DNA of 32,000 nucleotides, from positions 690,001-722,000 of the forward strand of contig JANQMZ010000007.1 in the NCBI GenBank assembly GCA_028279805.1, in the 5' to 3' direction. Both the position numbers and the translations under genes were made by a program. Shown here one piece after another: positions 28,135-32,000 of the stretch. Position 1 is the stretch's first letter, and every line of letters begins with the position of its first letter. Source of the DNA: an archaeon. GTDB lineage: Archaea > Iainarchaeota > Iainarchaeia > Iainarchaeales > JANQMZ01. The notes beneath the pieces are model-generated. The model did not search any database. It was not told where the DNA came from and saw only the letters and a list, made by a program, of their open reading frames with translations.

Positions 28135-28548
28135 ATGCTTTTTGTTCTGGATGCCTCAGCTTTAATTAATGAGCCAAATTTTTCTTTTGAAGAAAAACAC
28201 TCATACATTACAACGCGGCTTGTTGTCCAAGAACTCAAAACTTTTGAAACAAAATATTTGACTGACAATGCTTTACATCATGATATTTTAAAAATTAAAA
28301 ACCCTGAAGAAAAAACATTAAAAAAAATTGAAAAACTTGTCAAAAAAAAAGGTTTCAGACCTTTATCTCCTGCAGATGTTTCAGTTATAGCTCTGGCTCT
28401 GGAGTTAAAAAATTCTGGAAAAAATTTTCAGGTTTTAACTGATGATTATTCTGTTCAGAATTTTTTAAAACTTTTAAAAATAAGTTTTTCTTCAGTTATT
28501 CAAGGTGAAATTAAAAAAACAATTGAATTTGAAAAAAAAGACAATTAG
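28135..28548 (+). CDS. PIN-domain protein, Nob1-like
   Basis: FVLDASALINEPNF, TTRLVVQELK, ADVSVIALALELKNSG, VLTDDYSVQN: PIN acidic positions with Nob1-like context; no zinc ribbon. Confidence 0.78.
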   Translation: MLFVLDASALINEPNFSFEEKHSYITTRLVVQELKTFETKYLTDNALHHDILKIKNPEEKTLKKIEKLVKKKGFRPLSPADVSVIALALELKNSGKNFQVLTDDYSVQNFLKLLKISFSSVIQGEIKKTIEFEKKDN

Positions 28549-29366
28549 TCTTCCTCTTCTTCCGAACCGAATTCTGTGTTTGCAATAATATAATCCTGTG
28601 CCTGTTTTGTTAACGGTTTCCTGTAATAATATGTTAATAAAATCAGTGCAATAATAACAGCAACAGTTAACCATAAAATTTCATTTTTGCTTTTTTCAAT
28701 AAAATTTTTAACAGTAAAAGAAATACTGAACCTTGGCGCGATTTGTTTCCAGTATTTATAATCAAGACTTAAATCGTTTGTCCTGCTTTCTTTCCATGTT
28801 ACAATTATTCTTGTACCCGTATCAGTTATTCCTGCGGCTGGACTAATGTCTTCAGGTTCAATTGTTGACTGCGGGGGCAAAATAAATGAAATAAAAGTAT
28901 TTGCAGGAATAACATAAAAAGGCCTTTCCAAAAACTGCTGCATTACCGGCTTGCTTATTTCAAATTCGTCAAGCCTGCTTGTTGATGTTTTTATAACGGT
29001 TATTGGTTTTGTTAACTGGTATGTTATTTCAATATATTTTTCGTCTGAAGGAGCTTCAATAAATGACAATCTGCCTGTGTTTGATTTTAAGTCATCCTGT
29101 GAACCTATATGTGTCCTGATATCCGAATCGTATTCTTTCCATTTTTCCAAATCAACTCCCAGCTGTGCACTGTCCTCTTTAAACTGGTTAAAAGAAGCGT
29201 TTGAAGCAAAAAATACGTAAAAACGCTCTGTTATTGTTGCATTTCCTTCGGCATCCAAATCAATGTCAATTGAATGGTTATAAATGGAATAAGGCTGTCC
29301 GAACGAGTTTAAAGCCAGAAAAACCAAAAAAAGCAAAATTGTTGTTTTTTTCATTTTAATCGTCAT
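28545..29366 (-). CDS. Predicted membrane-anchored extracellular protein, unknown function
   Basis: N-terminal KKTTILLFLVFLALNSFGQP signal peptide, approximately 200-aa ectodomain, C-terminal EILWLTVAVIIALILLTYYYRKP TM helix and acidic tail. Confidence 0.65.
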   Translation of the reverse strand: MTIKMKKTTILLFLVFLALNSFGQPYSIYNHSIDIDLDAEGNATITERFYVFFASNASFNQFKEDSAQLGVDLEKWKEYDSDIRTHIGSQDDLKSNTGRLSFIEAPSDEKYIEITYQLTKPITVIKTSTSRLDEFEISKPVMQQFLERPFYVIPANTFISFILPPQSTIEPEDISPAAGITDTGTRIIVTWKESRTNDLSLDYKYWKQIAPRFSISFTVKNFIEKSKNEILWLTVAVIIALILLTYYYRKPLTKQAQDYIIANTEFGSEEEED

Positions 29367-29456
29367 TATATAATAGCGTTTTTTGTTTAAATTTTATTGT
29401 TTTTGCGATTAGTTGGTATTTTTAATAAGTCCCTAATTTCTTTTTATTAGGTTTCA

Positions 29457-30140
29457 ATGGTTTCTCTTCAGTTTTTTGGTCATGCTTTCTTTAAGATAAA
29501 TTTTTCTTCAGGAACTTTTTTAATAGACCCTTTTGTTTACTGTGAAGATGAAACAAAAAGACTGGTTAAATGCCATCATTCTGCTAAAAAAATAAAAAAA
29601 GTTGACGCAATTCTTATAACACATGAACATTTTGACCATTTTGACAAAAAAGCTGTTGAAGAATTTTGCGAAAAACATGAATGCTGTGTTATTGCACACG
29701 AATCTGTTTTAAACGAATTAAATATTGAAAAAAATCTGAAAAGACCTGTTGTAAGAGACCAGGTTTTGAACATTAAAGGAGTTGAAATTAAAGCTGTTCC
29801 TGTTCAGCATCCTCAATCCTTTTATCCGCTTGGCTACCAGTTAATTTCAGATGATGTTAAAATTTTACATGCAGGTGATTCCTACCTTTCAACCGCCTTT
29901 AACAATTTAAAATCAAACATTGTTTTGTTTCCGATCGGAGGAAAATATACAATGGATGTAATTGATGCTGTCAAAGCTGTTAAAAATATGAAACCCGATA
30001 TTGCAATTCCGATGTCATTTAACACTTTTGATTTTATTGAAGCTTCTCCTGACGAATTTAAAGAGCGTATTGATAAAAGCATTCTGAAAACAAAACCTAT
30101 TGTTTTAAAGCCGGGTGAAAACTTTTCTTACAAGCCTTGA
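29457..30140 (+). CDS. MBL-fold metal-dependent hydrolase (UPF0173-like)
   Basis: FFGHAFFKI, LIDPFVY, ILITHEHFDHFD, VQHPQSFYPLGYQLISDDVKILHAGDSY. Confidence 0.88.
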   Translation: MVSLQFFGHAFFKINFSSGTFLIDPFVYCEDETKRLVKCHHSAKKIKKVDAILITHEHFDHFDKKAVEEFCEKHECCVIAHESVLNELNIEKNLKRPVVRDQVLNIKGVEIKAVPVQHPQSFYPLGYQLISDDVKILHAGDSYLSTAFNNLKSNIVLFPIGGKYTMDVIDAVKAVKNMKPDIAIPMSFNTFDFIEASPDEFKERIDKSILKTKPIVLKPGENFSYKP

Positions 30141-30814
30141 ACGTTTTCCAAATCTTTTTCTGTACTGAAGTGAACAAATTTTTTATCAGATTCAACAAAG
30201 GAAGCTTTGCCTTTTTCCGCTAACCTGTTTACCGCGTCCGGCAGTTCAAATTCTCTTCTTTTGCTTAATGTTATTTTTTCAAGTTCTGAAAAAAGTCCTG
30301 ATGAAAACTTGTAAACTCCGGCATTAATCAGATTGCTTTCCGGTTTTTCAGGTTTTTCTTCAATTCCCAAAAGCTTTTCCCCGTCTGTTTTTAAAACCCC
30401 AAAATTTTCAGGTTTTTGTGCTTTTTTGGCCAAAACAACGCATTCAAATCCTTTTTTTTGAATGACTTTTTGCATATCCTCGGCATCCGTTAAAACATCC
30501 ACATTTAACACAATAAAATCTTTTTCTCCCACATTTTTTTTCACTCTTATAACTGCATGCCCTGTTCCCCACAACTGTGTCTGGTCCACAAATTCCAAAG
30601 GAATGCCTCTGAATTTTTCTGAAAACTTTTTTTTAACCATATCCGCTTTATATTCAACGACTATAATTATTTTTTCAGGCTTTAATTCTGAAACAGTTTC
30701 AAGATTTCTTTTAAGCAAACTTTTTCCCTTAACTTTAACCAGTGCTTTCGGAATTTTATCCGTTAAAGGTTTCATTCTATTCCCTTTCCCTGCTGCAAGT
30801 ATTACAAAAATCAT
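30128..30814 (-). CDS. Sugar-1-phosphate nucleotidyltransferase
   Basis: FVILAAGKGNRMKPLTDKIPKALVKVKGKSLLKRNLE, DQTQLWGTGHAV, INAGVYKFS. Substrate specificity not determinable. Confidence 0.88.
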   Translation of the reverse strand: MIFVILAAGKGNRMKPLTDKIPKALVKVKGKSLLKRNLETVSELKPEKIIIVVEYKADMVKKKFSEKFRGIPLEFVDQTQLWGTGHAVIRVKKNVGEKDFIVLNVDVLTDAEDMQKVIQKKGFECVVLAKKAQKPENFGVLKTDGEKLLGIEEKPEKPESNLINAGVYKFSSGLFSELEKITLSKRREFELPDAVNRLAEKGKASFVESDKKFVHFSTEKDLENVQGL

Positions 30815-31743
30815 TTTATTTTTCCCGGTGGATTTTTTTCAATTTTTATTTTCATTAAATCTTTTGCTATAACCGCTTTTTTAAATTTTTTTAACGCTTC
30901 CTTTTCAATGTTTTTATCATTTTTATATCTTGGAGAAATATGGGTTAAAAACAATTTTTTTGGTTTCACTTTTTTTGCAATTGCTGCAGCCTGTAAAACA
31001 GTTGAATGTTTTGCTTCTTTTGCTTTTTGTTTTTCTGTTTCCAAAAAAGTTGCTTCATGAATCAGAACATCACAGTTTTTTAAATTTTTTAAATAATTTC
31101 CGGGAGCTGTATCCAAAGCAATGCAAACTTTCCTCCCTTTTCTTCCTTTTGAATAATTCATAACCTGTTCAGGTGTAAAAGTTTTGCCTTTAACTTTTAC
31201 TTTTTTTCCTGACTGCAGTTTTGCATACAATGGCCCGACAGGAATTCCCAGCTTTTCTGCTTTTTTTCTTTCAAATGTTGCCGTTTTGTCTTTTTCTTTA
31301 AAACAAAAACCAAAACATTTCACTGTATGATTTAATTCAAATGCTTCTATGAAAAAATTTTTTTCTTCAAAAATTTTTCCTTTTTTTATTTCTTTTACTT
31401 TTATTTCAAAACCAATGTCTAAAGTTTTTTTAACCATTTTTCGTGCATCTGAAACAATTTGTTCAATTCCTTTAGGCCCAAAAATTTGCAGGGGCATTTT
31501 TCTTTCATTTAAGCTCATTGTTGCAAATAATCCGGGCAATCCCAGAAAATGGTCCGGATGGAAATGGCTTATAAAAATGGCATTTAACTGCATTAATTTA
31601 AAATTTGCTTTCATTAACTGCCTTTGAGTTCCCTCTGAACAGTCAAATAAAGCCCTGAATCCTTCAAATTTTAAAGCTATTGCGTTAACATTCCTGTTTT
31701 TTGTAGGCATTGAACCGGATGTTCCTAGAAAAACTATTTTCAT
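30811..31743 (-). CDS. rnz: Ribonuclease Z
   Basis: MKIVFLGTSGSMPTKNRNVNAIAL, ALFDCSEGTQRQL, IFISHFHPDHFLGLPGL, FLTHISPRY. Confidence 0.95.
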   Translation of the reverse strand: MKIVFLGTSGSMPTKNRNVNAIALKFEGFRALFDCSEGTQRQLMKANFKLMQLNAIFISHFHPDHFLGLPGLFATMSLNERKMPLQIFGPKGIEQIVSDARKMVKKTLDIGFEIKVKEIKKGKIFEEKNFFIEAFELNHTVKCFGFCFKEKDKTATFERKKAEKLGIPVGPLYAKLQSGKKVKVKGKTFTPEQVMNYSKGRKGRKVCIALDTAPGNYLKNLKNCDVLIHEATFLETEKQKAKEAKHSTVLQAAAIAKKVKPKKLFLTHISPRYKNDKNIEKEALKKFKKAVIAKDLMKIKIEKNPPGKIK

Positions 31744-31839
31744 TTTTTTTCACTCAAAAATGCTGCTTAAAAGTTCTTTTAATGCTTTTTTTTGGTTAAA
31801 GCATTGTTTTTTAATCATTTTACCCTGTTTTTTCTTTTA

Positions 31840-32000
31840 ATGCCTTCATCCAAATATTCCAAAATTAAAACAACTGCAGACATAAACGTTTCAGAAAAAA
31901 TAATTAACCAGGTTATCGGACAGGAAAAAGCTGTTGAAATTATAAGAAAAGCATCTGCTCAGAAAAGAAACGTTTTGCTTATTGGTTTGCCGGGAATAGG
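31840..32000 (+). CDS. LonB-like AAA+ protease, N-terminal fragment truncated by window edge
   Basis: Hand translation: MPSSKYSKIKTTADINVSEKIINQVIGQEKAVEIIRKASAQKRNVLLIGLPGIG..., with a Walker A beginning. Could be LonB or a related AAA+. Confidence 0.78.
   Translation, partial: MPSSKYSKIKTTADINVSEKIINQVIGQEKAVEIIRKASAQKRNVLLIGLPGI

Noticed and set aside
30462-30872. 136-aa plus-strand ORF
   Set aside because: Antisense to the nucleotidyltransferase gene; no motif.
1-32000. CRISPR arrays, transposons, restriction or toxin-antitoxin systems
   Set aside because: No regularly spaced repeats, transposase-like ORFs or terminal inverted repeats seen. The only PIN protein has no adjacent antitoxin-like gene.

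Overview
The window is a gene-dense, AT-rich archaeal chromosome segment. Its gene content (Orc1/Cdc6, RFC large subunit, CDC48/VAT, NucS, archaeal-type TopA, archaeal PheST, LonB-like start, class III signal-peptide pilins) together with compact proteins and overlapping genes suggests a small-genome, possibly DPANN-like, archaeon. That placement is inference only. Most of the window is informational or housekeeping genes: acyP, cutA, family-4 UDG, dcd, DHH phosphoesterase, two peptidases, nucS, eno, prs, an Lrp/AsnC regulator, topA, an NFACT-R protein, CDC48, an M50 protease, orc1/cdc6, a YchF-like GTPase, rfcL, pheT, pheS, a PIN protein, an MBL hydrolase, a nucleotidyltransferase and RNase Z. 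I see no convincing CRISPR array, tRNA, rRNA or mobile element, and no clear new defence system. The parts most worth a second look are: a six-gene cluster of short class III (pilin-like) signal-peptide proteins at 16184-18572; an NFACT-R-only (Rqc2/NEMF-like) protein lacking NFACT-N directly upstream of CDC48; a structured, possibly transcribed element at about 947-1025; PIP-like motifs at the extreme C-termini of NucS and RfcL; a tandem-duplicated Lrp-like regulator; a SNase with a lipobox-like sequence behind a 30-aa mini-ORF; and repeated 4-bp TTAR overlaps of convergent stop codons.
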